DNA of 64,000 nucleotides from an uncultured Candidatus Binatia bacterium. GTDB lineage: Bacteria > Desulfobacterota > Binatia > UBA9968 > JAJDTQ01. This document shows, piece by piece, positions 37,778 through 46,606 of the stretch. Position 1 is the stretch's first letter. The number at the start of each line of letters is the position of its first letter. Under the pieces are notes generated by a model. The model was given only the letters and a program-made list of their open reading frames with translations, did not search any database and was not told the origin of the DNA. A program made the position numbers and the translations under genes. The stretch is taken from contig OZ243916.1 in the NCBI GenBank assembly GCA_965213675.1, forward strand, positions 2,144,001-2,208,000, read 5' to 3'.

Positions 37778-38938
37778 TCAAGGCGCCTCGGTGCCTTCGT
37801 TGAGGATGGAAAGATAACGGTCGTAGACAAACAACCGGTCACGCTGCCTGCCGGTAATCTCCCGGGCGATTCCCTGGTTCACGAGCAACTCCATGGCCGA
37901 CGCTACGGTGTGAAAGGTAAGCCCGGTATCGCGGCACGCCCCGGGCAGCGACAGGATCGGCCGGGACTTGAGTGCATCGTGGACACGCAACGCCGTCACC
38001 GCGCGCCGGCCTGCCGCTGTCCGGACCCGTTCCCGATCATCCTGGAACATCCGGGACAAACGTTGGGCGGCGCCGACCGCGCCATCGGCCGTCATTTTCA
38101 CGCCTTCGAGGAAGAAGTCAAGCCATGCTTCCCAGTCCCCGGTGAGGCGCACTCGGTTCAGGAGATCGTAGTAGGTGCTCCGGTGTTGCTTCAGGAAAAG
38201 ACTGAGGTACAGGAGCGGCTGGCGCAGCACGCCGGCCTGGCACAGCAGCAGGGTGACCAGCAACCGCCCCACGCGCCCGTTGCCGTCCAGAAACGGGTGA
38301 ATGGTTTCAAACTGGACGTGCGCAAGCGCGGCGCGCAGGAGCACCGGCAACTCCTCGGCGTAAAGAAAACCTTCAAGCGCCGCCATGCAGCCGGGCACGG
38401 CGGTGTGTGGCGGCGGCACAAAGGCAGCGTTGCCCGGCCGCGAGCCGCCGATCCAATTCTGTGAACGGCGAAACTCACCGGGCGTCTTGGAGAGATTCCG
38501 GTCCCCGGACAACAGCACAGCGTGGACCTCGCGGATGAGGCGATTCGACAGCGGAAACTGTTCTCCAAGACGCCGCAAACCATGGTGGAGCGCCGCCACG
38601 TAGTTCGAGACCTCGGCCGCGTCGTCGACCGGTACTCCCGGCGCGTCCTCCAATTCGAAGAGAAGAAGATCCGAGAACGACGATTGCGTACCCTCGATTT
38701 GGGACGAGAGCACCGCTTCCTTGCGGACGTAGGCGTAGAGGAAAAGCGCGTGGTCCGGCAACAGCGTCGCCACACCATCGAGGCGGCCGAGAGCCAGGAC
38801 AGCCGATTCCACGGCCTGTTGCAAGGCACCGTCCAGGACCAAAGCGGGTTTGGGCGGCAGCGGCGCCGGCACGAAAGCACGAACGCGCTCCTCGCCGACA
38901 CGAGTCACCTCATAACTGCCGCATTCTCCGCGCTGCAT
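37778..38938 (-). CDS. Fic-family protein (class II) with C-terminal HTH
   Basis: Catalytic HPFLDGNGRVGR; N-terminal inhibitory SSQIEG. Confidence 0.92.
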   Translation of the reverse strand: MQRGECGSYEVTRVGEERVRAFVPAPLPPKPALVLDGALQQAVESAVLALGRLDGVATLLPDHALFLYAYVRKEAVLSSQIEGTQSSFSDLLLFELEDAPGVPVDDAAEVSNYVAALHHGLRRLGEQFPLSNRLIREVHAVLLSGDRNLSKTPGEFRRSQNWIGGSRPGNAAFVPPPHTAVPGCMAALEGFLYAEELPVLLRAALAHVQFETIHPFLDGNGRVGRLLVTLLLCQAGVLRQPLLYLSLFLKQHRSTYYDLLNRVRLTGDWEAWLDFFLEGVKMTADGAVGAAQRLSRMFQDDRERVRTAAGRRAVTALRVHDALKSRPILSLPGACRDTGLTFHTVASAMELLVNQGIAREITGRQRDRLFVYDRYLSILNEGTEAP

Positions 38939-38980
38939 GGCCGGACTTCCCTATTGAAGGATATTGCAATAACGCCGCTC

Positions 38981-39013
38981 GCTATTGTAATTAGCACACT
39001 AATTTACAATAGC
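38981..39013. promoter_or_regulatory. Long inverted repeat upstream of fic (candidate operator)
   Basis: GCTATTGTAATTAG-caca-CTAATTTACAATAGC; a second palindrome TATTGCAATA at 38962-38971. Confidence 0.6.
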
Positions 39014-39041
39014 TGGACGCCTCTTACAATGTGCTTGCCAC

Positions 39042-40055
39042 CTACGGCAACGGGCACTCCGGCGTCAGCCGCTTCAACTCGGGGATGACCTCCTCGCCGA
39101 AGCGCTGGATGGTTTCGAGGGTGACGGCGGACTCCATGCCGGGCCAGTCCACCATGAACCACATGATCTCGGCGCCGAATTCCTGGTGGTAGGAGAGCAC
39201 CTGCTCGGCCACCTCGGCCGGACTGCCGAGGACCAGGCGGTCCTGCTGCAACTGCTCGAACGGAAGGTCGTAGCGCTCCCCCGGCTGGCCCCAGCGCTGG
39301 TAGCGTTCGTAGCGCCGCTCGTAGCCCTCGCGGATTCGGTCTTCGGCCTCCTTGCGGCTGTCGGCGACGCAGAGGTCGCGGAAGATGTAGAGGCCCTCGA
39401 AGGGGCGGCCCTGGGCCTCCAGGGCGCGCTTGTACGCGGGCACGGCCTCGCGCAGGAAGGTCTTGGTGTGACGGCGGCTGGCGATCCAGTGGTCGGCCAC
39501 CTCCGGCACGCGGGTGACGGTGGGCAAGGTGTCGGCCCCCAGCAGGATGGGCGGCCGGGGTTTCCGGATCGGCTTGGGCTCGATGGTGACGCCGTCGATC
39601 CGGTAGAACCGGCCCTGGTGATGCACCTCGTCTTCGGTCCACAACCGCTTCACCACCTCGATCCCCTCCTCCAGCCGGGGGCGCTTCTCGCGCAGGGGCA
39701 TGCCCATGGAGGTGAACTCGACGTCGCGGTAGCCCTGGCCGATGCCGAACAGGAACCTGCCGTCGCACAGGTTGTCGATGGTGGCGGTGTACTCCGCCAC
39801 CATCAGAGGCTGGTGCATGGGCAGCAGGAATATCGCCGTGCCCAGGTACATGCCGGGGGTCAGGCCCGCGAAGTACGACAGCAACGGCAGGGATTGGAGC
39901 ATGGCCGCGTCCGGTCCCGTGGAGTAGTGCTGCGCCACGAAGAGCGCCTCGTAGTTGCTGGCGTGGGCCACCCGAGCCCGTTCCGTGAAGTCGCGGCAGA
40001 CGCCGGCCCGGTCCAGGTCCGAGGGGTAGCTGCCGAACGCGATGCCAAAACGCAT
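39042..40055 (-). CDS. LLM-class flavin-dependent oxidoreductase
   Basis: FVAQHY, GRFLFGIGQGYR..EF, PKP...PPILLG. Confidence 0.9.
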   Translation of the reverse strand: MRFGIAFGSYPSDLDRAGVCRDFTERARVAHASNYEALFVAQHYSTGPDAAMLQSLPLLSYFAGLTPGMYLGTAIFLLPMHQPLMVAEYTATIDNLCDGRFLFGIGQGYRDVEFTSMGMPLREKRPRLEEGIEVVKRLWTEDEVHHQGRFYRIDGVTIEPKPIRKPRPPILLGADTLPTVTRVPEVADHWIASRRHTKTFLREAVPAYKRALEAQGRPFEGLYIFRDLCVADSRKEAEDRIREGYERRYERYQRWGQPGERYDLPFEQLQQDRLVLGSPAEVAEQVLSYHQEFGAEIMWFMVDWPGMESAVTLETIQRFGEEVIPELKRLTPECPLP

Positions 40056-40167
40056 GATGAAACCTCCTGACCTCCTGTTGTGGTGGATTGTGGTGGAGAT
40101 ACCCGACTTGACCCGTTAGCGCCATAGAGCGAGTGACTGATCTCAATCCTGCTCGAGTAGCGCGACG

Positions 40168-41391
40168 CTACAGGTCGGCGAAGGGAAGCGCGGTCACGCC
40201 GGAACCGAGGGGCAAGCGTATGTCACCGGGGTGCACCACGTAGCCGGGCATCGCGGTGCTGCCAATGTCTCCCTGCAGCGTCCTGATGGCACTGGCCATT
40301 GCCGGCCGCGGGGTCGCGGAAAGCTTTACCTCGATGGGGACGAGTCCACCGCTGGTCTCGACCACGAAGTCCACTTCCGTGCCCGCCACGGTCCGCCAGA
40401 AGTAGACTCGCGGCTCCATCCCCCGATGCGTCAGAGTCCGCACGATCTCGGACAGCACGGCCGTCTCCATGATTGCGCCGCCCATGGGGCCGGAGGCAGC
40501 ATGTTCGGGGTCCTTGAGACCTGCGAGATGGCACAGCGTGCCGACGTCGGCAAAGTACACCTTCGGGGTCTTGACGAACCGCTTTCCGACGTTGGCGAAA
40601 TAGGGGCGCAGCACGATCACCTGGTAGGTGGCCTCGAGCACGGACAGCCAAGCCTTGATCGAATTGACCGCCACCCCGAGGTCTCGAGCGACGTCGGCAA
40701 GATTCAGGAGTTGGGCGCTTCGGGCCGCCAGCAGGCGGAGAAAATTCTGATACTGGGTCAGGTCTCCCACCTGCCGGACGGTACGCACGTCCCGTTCAAG
40801 ATAGGTCTGGATGTAGCTGGCATGCCAGAGGGAGGCGTCCCGACCGGAGTCTACGGCGAGTTCCGGGTATCCGCCCCGAAGGAAGCGCTTCCACAGTTCG
40901 CCAAATCCATGTGGCGTTCTCGAAGACGGCGGACGCTTGCGTTCCCAAGCAAAGACGGTCCCAGGCCGTCCCTCGGCTTCCCGCCTCGACAACGGCAACA
41001 GGCGGAGCATAGCCGCGCGGCCCGCCAGCGATTCGGTCACCTTCTCGGCAAGCAATAGATTCTGTGAGCCGGTCAGAAGATATTGACCGTTCGTGTCGCG
41101 GTTCGCATCGATCTTCTCCTTGATGTAGGGAAGCAGTTCGGGCGCGTACTGCACCTCGTCAAGGACCACCGGTGCCGGATACAGTTCCAGAAACCCGCGC
41201 GGGTCATTCACGGCGGCCGCACGAACGTCCGGATGCTCCAGGGACACGTACCCGTAACGCCTACCAAAGAGATGTTGCAGCAGGGTTGTCTTGCCGGACT
41301 GGCGCGGCCCCGTCAGGACGACGGCGGGAAACTCCGCGGCCGCCTTCCTGAGAACGGGTTCGAGCGAGCGTTTGAGGTACGGCGAGCCCAT
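40168..41391 (-). CDS. AAA_14 ATPase with DUF4143 domain
   Basis: TGPRQSGKT, LDEVQ, LTGS, ESLAGR, GGYPE, YLERD, KTPKVYF.D, EVDFV...PIEVK. Confidence 0.92.
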   Translation of the reverse strand: MGSPYLKRSLEPVLRKAAAEFPAVVLTGPRQSGKTTLLQHLFGRRYGYVSLEHPDVRAAAVNDPRGFLELYPAPVVLDEVQYAPELLPYIKEKIDANRDTNGQYLLTGSQNLLLAEKVTESLAGRAAMLRLLPLSRREAEGRPGTVFAWERKRPPSSRTPHGFGELWKRFLRGGYPELAVDSGRDASLWHASYIQTYLERDVRTVRQVGDLTQYQNFLRLLAARSAQLLNLADVARDLGVAVNSIKAWLSVLEATYQVIVLRPYFANVGKRFVKTPKVYFADVGTLCHLAGLKDPEHAASGPMGGAIMETAVLSEIVRTLTHRGMEPRVYFWRTVAGTEVDFVVETSGGLVPIEVKLSATPRPAMASAIRTLQGDIGSTAMPGYVVHPGDIRLPLGSGVTALPFADL

Positions 41392-41398
41392 GGTGAAT

Positions 41399-41421
41399 AT
41401 TATGCATTCTTAGTGCATAAT
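41399..41421. promoter_or_regulatory. Palindrome just upstream of the DUF4143 ATPase start
   Basis: ATTATGCA-ttcttag-TGCATAAT. Confidence 0.6.
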
Positions 41422-41467
41422 TTCAATCCATCCGATCTACCTCCGTCCCACGGACGCCTCACGAAAC

Positions 41468-42232
41468 TCAACCGATGACCCGCTCCCCCGGCACGCTCCG
41501 GACGTCCATTTCAAACTCCAGTCCCTGGACCGGCGGCCGGGCGTAGGTCCATGTGACGCCGTCCGGCGCCGCACCCCGGCGGACGACCTCGTCGGCGAGA
41601 AACCCATGGATTTCGTGGACCGTGTAGAGCTGGCTCGTGGTGGCGTCCGCCCACGTCAGGCCCAACGCCGCCATCCGAAGCTCCAGCGCTCCGAGGACGA
41701 ACTGCGCCTTTTCCCGCATGGCGTCGGGCGACGTGTCCCCGAGACGGATGATCCGGGCGCCGTACCCGCCCGGTCCTTCGGGCGCTTCGCCGGAGCCCGC
41801 GATCACGAAGCTCTTGAGCCCCGCCGCGTCACCCGCCCCGGCCGGCACCGTGTACGAAAATGCATGGAAACAGGGTTCGCTCGGAGGACGCACCTCGGGA
41901 CACACGTTCGACCGTGCGACGGGGTTGTCGTCGTCCTTGAAGAGGCCCCACCGTTCGAGCGTGCTCACATAGACCCGATTGAACGCAATGAAGCCTTCTT
42001 CCGTGAACTGCCCCGGCGAGCGCAGCTCGCAAGCGCAGAACGCGGTGGGCGGCCGTCCGAGGCCGTCGAGATACGTCTCGATCCGGCGAAACCCTTCGTC
42101 GAGGGGCACGGGGCGCGCGAACCGGGCGCGTTCGATGACGAATCCCGGCTCCGCCGAAACACCCCCCGAGTACTGGAACCGGCCCCGCACGTACCGGTAC
42201 CCGCCGGGTTCGAAGACTGTTGTTTCCGCCAT
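41468..42232 (-). CDS. CnbZ-like (2-amino-5-chloromuconate deaminase family) protein
   Basis: FQYSGGV, CACELRSP..FT..GF..FN, NPVARSNVCP, SFVIAGSGE, RPPV.GLEFEMD. Confidence 0.75.
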   Translation of the reverse strand: MAETTVFEPGGYRYVRGRFQYSGGVSAEPGFVIERARFARPVPLDEGFRRIETYLDGLGRPPTAFCACELRSPGQFTEEGFIAFNRVYVSTLERWGLFKDDDNPVARSNVCPEVRPPSEPCFHAFSYTVPAGAGDAAGLKSFVIAGSGEAPEGPGGYGARIIRLGDTSPDAMREKAQFVLGALELRMAALGLTWADATTSQLYTVHEIHGFLADEVVRRGAAPDGVTWTYARPPVQGLEFEMDVRSVPGERVIG

Positions 42233-42259
42233 GTCGCACCTCCCGTATCCGGAGTTCAG

Positions 42260-42733
42260 TCAAGCCTCGGCGCACCTTGCGATCTCCCGCGCCAACCCGT
42301 CGAAGATCTGGGCGTGGACCGGGTAAAGCCGGTACCAGTAAAGCAGGCCGCCCAGGCCCTTGGGAAGAAGAGCCGCGGTCTGCTCCAGCAGGGTCTTCCC
42401 GTCATCCGCCTCCGACACCCGGAACTGGAGCCAAGCGCGGCCCGGCAGCTTCATCTCCGCCCTCAGGCGGACCAGTCGCCCCGGCTCCAGGGCCTCCACC
42501 CGCCAGAAATCCAGCGCGTCGCCGACGCGCAGCTCGTCGGGGTGGCGGCGTCCCCGGCGCAGCCCCGGACCCCCCAGCAGACGGTCGACGATGCCCCGTA
42601 TCCGCCACATCCAGTCACCGTAAAACCATCCCCGGTCGCCGCCGATGCCGGTGAATACCCGGTGCACCTCCCGGGCCGGCGCGTCCACCTGTCGCGTGCG
42701 GCGTTCGAAGATCATGCCTTCGTGCGACTCCAC
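42260..42733 (-). pseudogene. DUF2867 domain fragment, probably a 5'-truncated YbjT-like gene
   Basis: IGGDRGW, LDFWRVE, LRAEMKLPG.AWL, GLLYWY...PVH; an in-frame stop lies about 13 codons upstream, near the RM cluster boundary. Confidence 0.6.
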
Positions 42734-42813
42734 GCGGGAGAAGGAGTCGGGCGTAGCTGCTGCAGGATCTCATAGTCGTGCTATGACACCCATCCACATA
42801 CAGATTCCCGCAG

Positions 42814-43491
42814 TCATCCCTTGAAAATGGTGTGAGCTACCTTTCCGACCGCCTGACACGCCGCCGCATCGAATGCCCCACCTACGAGGCCACCCACCAC
42901 TGGTACACCCTTCATAAGAACTATGGCACCTTTCTCTCCGGCTTTGGTCAATAACCGGAAGCCAACTCTCTTGTTTACCTCGATCAGAACTTTCCCGGGC
43001 ACTTGCATCACAACCTGTTTGGTCAGTTTACCTGCAATTGTAACTCCCGCCTGTTTCAGCACTTCCTTAGCGGAATCACCTACAATCGACAGCAATACAA
43101 ACGTTCTGACTCTATCCTCTTCAAGATCGTGCCCATCTATGACTGCTATTGCTCCTGCCATTCTGGCCTGAATTATCCAGGATGCACCCAACGCGGTCGG
43201 GACAGCGACAGGTAAAGCTAATAGCCCGCCCAAACCTGTAATAAACCCTGTCGTGAAATTTTTGCTGGTCTCCCACTTTATCAACGATGCAACTCGCTCG
43301 TCGTTGTCAGTGTACGACGCGTCAATCATATATTCTTGTGCCAAATTACTGGCTGACGATAAGGGTGGAACACCCTCTACCGCCTTACCAACAATCCACG
43401 TCACCAACTGTAATGCCTTCGGTTCATCATCAACCACGTGTTTGTCCTTCTTCGGGGCACCGTCTCCGGTCCTGACGATTCGCACGTTCAA
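42814..43491 (-). CDS. EcsC-family protein (alternative GTG start at 43437)
   Basis: GFITGLGG...PVAVP, QARMAGAIA, NKRVGFRLLTKAGEKG, VPVVGGLVGGAFD; low GC. Confidence 0.8.
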   Translation of the reverse strand: MNVRIVRTGDGAPKKDKHVVDDEPKALQLVTWIVGKAVEGVPPLSSASNLAQEYMIDASYTDNDERVASLIKWETSKNFTTGFITGLGGLLALPVAVPTALGASWIIQARMAGAIAVIDGHDLEEDRVRTFVLLSIVGDSAKEVLKQAGVTIAGKLTKQVVMQVPGKVLIEVNKRVGFRLLTKAGEKGAIVLMKGVPVVGGLVGGAFDAAACQAVGKVAHTIFKG

Positions 43492-44981
43492 CCACCCGCA
43501 TGCCGCAAACCGGCAAGCATTTCGCGGAAACTGTTGAGGCCCGCCTCAAGGTTCTCGATGATCTCTTCGGCGAGGTCCTCGGGTTCGGGGAGGTTGTCGA
43601 GGTCGGTCAGGTTCTTGTCCTTGAGCCAGAAGATGTCGAGGCTGGTCTTGTCGCGTGCGGCGAGTTCTTCGTAACTGTAGCTGCGCCAGCGGCCTTCCGG
43701 CGCGTCGTTCTCGTCCCAGGTGCGCTTGCGCTGATGGCGGTTCCGCGGGTTGTAGCACTTCACGAAATCCAGCAGGTCCTCATAGCGCAGGGGCTTCTTC
43801 TTGAGGGTGTGGTGAATGTTGGTGCGGTAGTCGTAGTACCAGACCTGTTTCGTCCACGGGTCGGGGCTGGCTTCGCGGTTGTCGAAGAAGATCACGTTGG
43901 CCTTGACCCCCTGGGCGTAGAACACGCCGGTGGGAAGCCGGAGGATGGTGTGGAGGTCGGTGTTGTCCAGCAGTTTCTTCCGGATGGTCTCGCCGGCGCC
44001 GCCCTCGAACAGCACGTTGTCCGGCACCACGACCGCGGCGCGGCCGTCGGTCTTGAGCATGGTCTGGATGTGCTGCACGAAATTGAGCTGCTTGTTAGAC
44101 GTGGCTGCCCAGAAATCCTGCCGGTTGTAGGTCAGGTCGTCCGTCTCCTGCTCCCCTTCCTCGTTGGTGAAGCTCATGGAGCTCTTCTTGCCGAAAGGCG
44201 GGTTGGCGAACACGTAGTCGAACCGCTGCCCGGCGTCGGCCACGAGCGCGTCGTTGGACGATATGGGCGCGCCGCCGTCGATCTCGCCGATGTTGTGGAG
44301 GAGCATGTTCATGAGGCACAGGCGACGGGTATTGGCGACGATCTCGTTGCCGTAAAATGTCTCGTGCTTGAGAAACGCGTTCTGTTGCTGGTCCAGCTTG
44401 AAGTTGTCCTGGTTGGTGAGGAAGTCGTAGGCCGCCAGGAAGAACCCGCCGGTGCCGCAGGCGGGGTCGGCGATGAGCTTGCGGGGTTCGGGCCGCACGC
44501 ATTCCACCATGGCCCGGATGAGGGCGCGCGGCGTGAAATACTGCCCCGCGCCTGACTTGGTGTCCTCGGCGTTCTTCTCCAACAGCCCCTCGTAGATGTC
44601 ACCCTTGATGTCGGCGACCATGGTGACCCACTCGGTGGCGTCCACCATGTCGATGAGGCGGTAAAGCTTTGCCGGGTCCTGGATCTTGTTCTGGGCCTTG
44701 GTGAAGATCTGCCCCAACATGCCGGGCCTGGCGCCAAGCTCACGAAGCAGCGTGACGTAGTGGCTCTCCAGTTTCGCGCCCCGCTTCGACCTCAGACTCG
44801 TCCAGTTGTACTCGGCCGGGATGTCCACATCGCGATCGTAAGGCGGCTTCCCGTACTCGTCCGCCATCTTGAGAAAGATCAGGTAGGTGAGCTGTTCCAG
44901 GTAGTCGCCATAGCCGACGCCGTCGTCGCGCAGGGTGGTGCAGAAGCTCCAGACTCTGGAGACGATGGGAGCGGTGTTCAT
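43488..44981 (-). CDS. hsdM: Type I restriction-modification N6-adenine methyltransferase
   Basis: DYLEQLTYL, GQYFTPR, DPACGTGGF, NPPF, ILRLPTG. Confidence 0.95.
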   Translation of the reverse strand: MNTAPIVSRVWSFCTTLRDDGVGYGDYLEQLTYLIFLKMADEYGKPPYDRDVDIPAEYNWTSLRSKRGAKLESHYVTLLRELGARPGMLGQIFTKAQNKIQDPAKLYRLIDMVDATEWVTMVADIKGDIYEGLLEKNAEDTKSGAGQYFTPRALIRAMVECVRPEPRKLIADPACGTGGFFLAAYDFLTNQDNFKLDQQQNAFLKHETFYGNEIVANTRRLCLMNMLLHNIGEIDGGAPISSNDALVADAGQRFDYVFANPPFGKKSSMSFTNEEGEQETDDLTYNRQDFWAATSNKQLNFVQHIQTMLKTDGRAAVVVPDNVLFEGGAGETIRKKLLDNTDLHTILRLPTGVFYAQGVKANVIFFDNREASPDPWTKQVWYYDYRTNIHHTLKKKPLRYEDLLDFVKCYNPRNRHQRKRTWDENDAPEGRWRSYSYEELAARDKTSLDIFWLKDKNLTDLDNLPEPEDLAEEIIENLEAGLNSFREMLAGLRHAGG

Positions 44982-46606
44982 GCGCGGGAGTCCTTCGATG
45001 TGGTCTTGGCCTGCCGCGCCAGGGCTTCGCCTGCCGCGGTGCGCCGATAACGCTGAATTCGGCTGGTTGGCTTGTCCGGGAGCGTCATTTCGATCAGACC
45101 GGCTTCGAGGGCGGGGCGGAGATACGCCATGAGGAAATGGGGCCGGTGAGTCAGGCTCAATGCAGCCTGCAATTCGGCGCGGCTCATCTCTCCGGTGAGG
45201 GCCACCACGAGTTGCCCGACTTGCCCGGTGACTTGCCCGGTGACTTGCCCGGTGACTTGCCCGGTGACTTGTTCGGTCTCATGTTCGGTGACTTGTTCGG
45301 TCTCATGTTTGGTGAATTGGGGGGCATCTTGTTCGGTGGGCTCCGGGCGCACCCGTTCGTGCACCGGAAGACGGACCAGAAACCACGTGCGGTCGTCGTC
45401 GCTCTCGAAAATTGGGGCCGGAGAGCCGTTTTCCCGCATGGCCCGCAGGATCTTGGGCACTCCGGTGGACCTGCCTTCGGCCAGATCGAGTTCCTTGAGA
45501 AACTCGCCGATTCGGCGGTTGCGGTAGCGGCGGCTCACGGCTTGCCCCTTCTCGAAGTCCTCCATGCGGATGGATCGGTCGGCGCCGGGAAAGCTCAAGA
45601 CCACCAACTCGTCAGGGGTGATGCGCACCTCCACCGGCTCCCGCTCCTCGTAAGAGCGATGGTAGACGGCGTTGACCAGCGCTTCCTCGATTGCGCCGAT
45701 GGGAAAGTTCCAGAATCGCTCGGCTTCCGGCTTGTACGGATGCTTGACGACCGTTTCCTTCAGGTAGTTCCGCTCGATGTAACCGATCGCCTCGCCGAGG
45801 ATGATCGACAGAGGGCCGCGGAACTCCTTTTCCTCGAATCGGTCCCCACCCGGGCCGTCCGGGAACCACACGACGTCGATCTGGGTTGCGGGGAAGAAGT
45901 CGTGCGGACGGTCGTTGAAGAACAGCAAGCCGACGTTCTTGGGGAACATCGCTTCGGGCGGTCCGCCGACGAGGTTCATGCGCTGACCCAGGGCCGCCAC
46001 CGACAGACCGGCGGCTTCAGAAGCGAGGTCGCTGCCTATATCCCGCAAAAACTCCCGGATCAGCCGATGGGACAGGTCATCCAGCGATGCCGTCTGGCGA
46101 TATCGATCATCGAAGGGCACGGTGGCGGTCAGGCTCAGCAACTCGCGCTCGTCCTGGCCCCTGGCCCGGACGGTGCTGCTGTGTCTGCGGATGAAATAGC
46201 CCCACTCTTGCCGTTTCGGCGTCAGGCCGAGCCTGGCCTTGTAGGGCCGGGTCTCGCCGCCGGGCGCCCACAGTACGAGGATTGTCCGGCCATCGACTTC
46301 ATAAGTGGCCGTAAGCGGGTGGTACTGGGGCTGTATGGCCGAGTGTCCGAGATTGAGCAGTTCCCTCTGTATCGCGTCAACCGAATCGGGATTAATGCCC
46401 GTGGGCGGCAGGACCGGACGGCCGTTCTGTTCCTCGACGCCCACTACCACGTAACCGCCGCCCAGATTGTGAAAGTCGTTGGCGAAGGCGCAGATGGTGT
46501 GCAGCACGGCCTTCGGATTCCAACCGGCCTTGTACTCGACGCGCTCGCCCTCGATGGTGCGCTGGCGCAGCAAGTCGTGGAGGTTGATGGGAAGCTTGCC
46601 GGTCAT
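44978..46606 (-). CDS. AlbA_2 (Schlafen-like) + HATPase_c_4 + HTH protein
   Basis: VEYKAG, ICAFAND...GG, EEALVNAVYHRSY, RNRRI, AEGRSTG; C-terminal YLRPALEAG...PDKPTSR. Confidence 0.85.
   Translation of the reverse strand: MTGKLPINLHDLLRQRTIEGERVEYKAGWNPKAVLHTICAFANDFHNLGGGYVVVGVEEQNGRPVLPPTGINPDSVDAIQRELLNLGHSAIQPQYHPLTATYEVDGRTILVLWAPGGETRPYKARLGLTPKRQEWGYFIRRHSSTVRARGQDERELLSLTATVPFDDRYRQTASLDDLSHRLIREFLRDIGSDLASEAAGLSVAALGQRMNLVGGPPEAMFPKNVGLLFFNDRPHDFFPATQIDVVWFPDGPGGDRFEEKEFRGPLSIILGEAIGYIERNYLKETVVKHPYKPEAERFWNFPIGAIEEALVNAVYHRSYEEREPVEVRITPDELVVLSFPGADRSIRMEDFEKGQAVSRRYRNRRIGEFLKELDLAEGRSTGVPKILRAMRENGSPAPIFESDDDRTWFLVRLPVHERVRPEPTEQDAPQFTKHETEQVTEHETEQVTGQVTGQVTGQVTGQVGQLVVALTGEMSRAELQAALSLTHRPHFLMAYLRPALEAGLIEMTLPDKPTSRIQRYRRTAAGEALARQAKTTSKDSRA
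45218..45337. repeat. In-frame 12-bp tandem repeat in the AlbA protein linker
   Basis: GACTTGCCCGGT four times exactly (45218-45265), then variants; encodes (TGQV)n and TEHETEQV. Confidence 0.9.

Noticed and set aside
29899-42800. Integron cassette array, suggested by many short TA and accessory genes
   Set aside because: No integron integrase and no convincing paired RYYYAAC...GTTRRRY attC folds seen by eye
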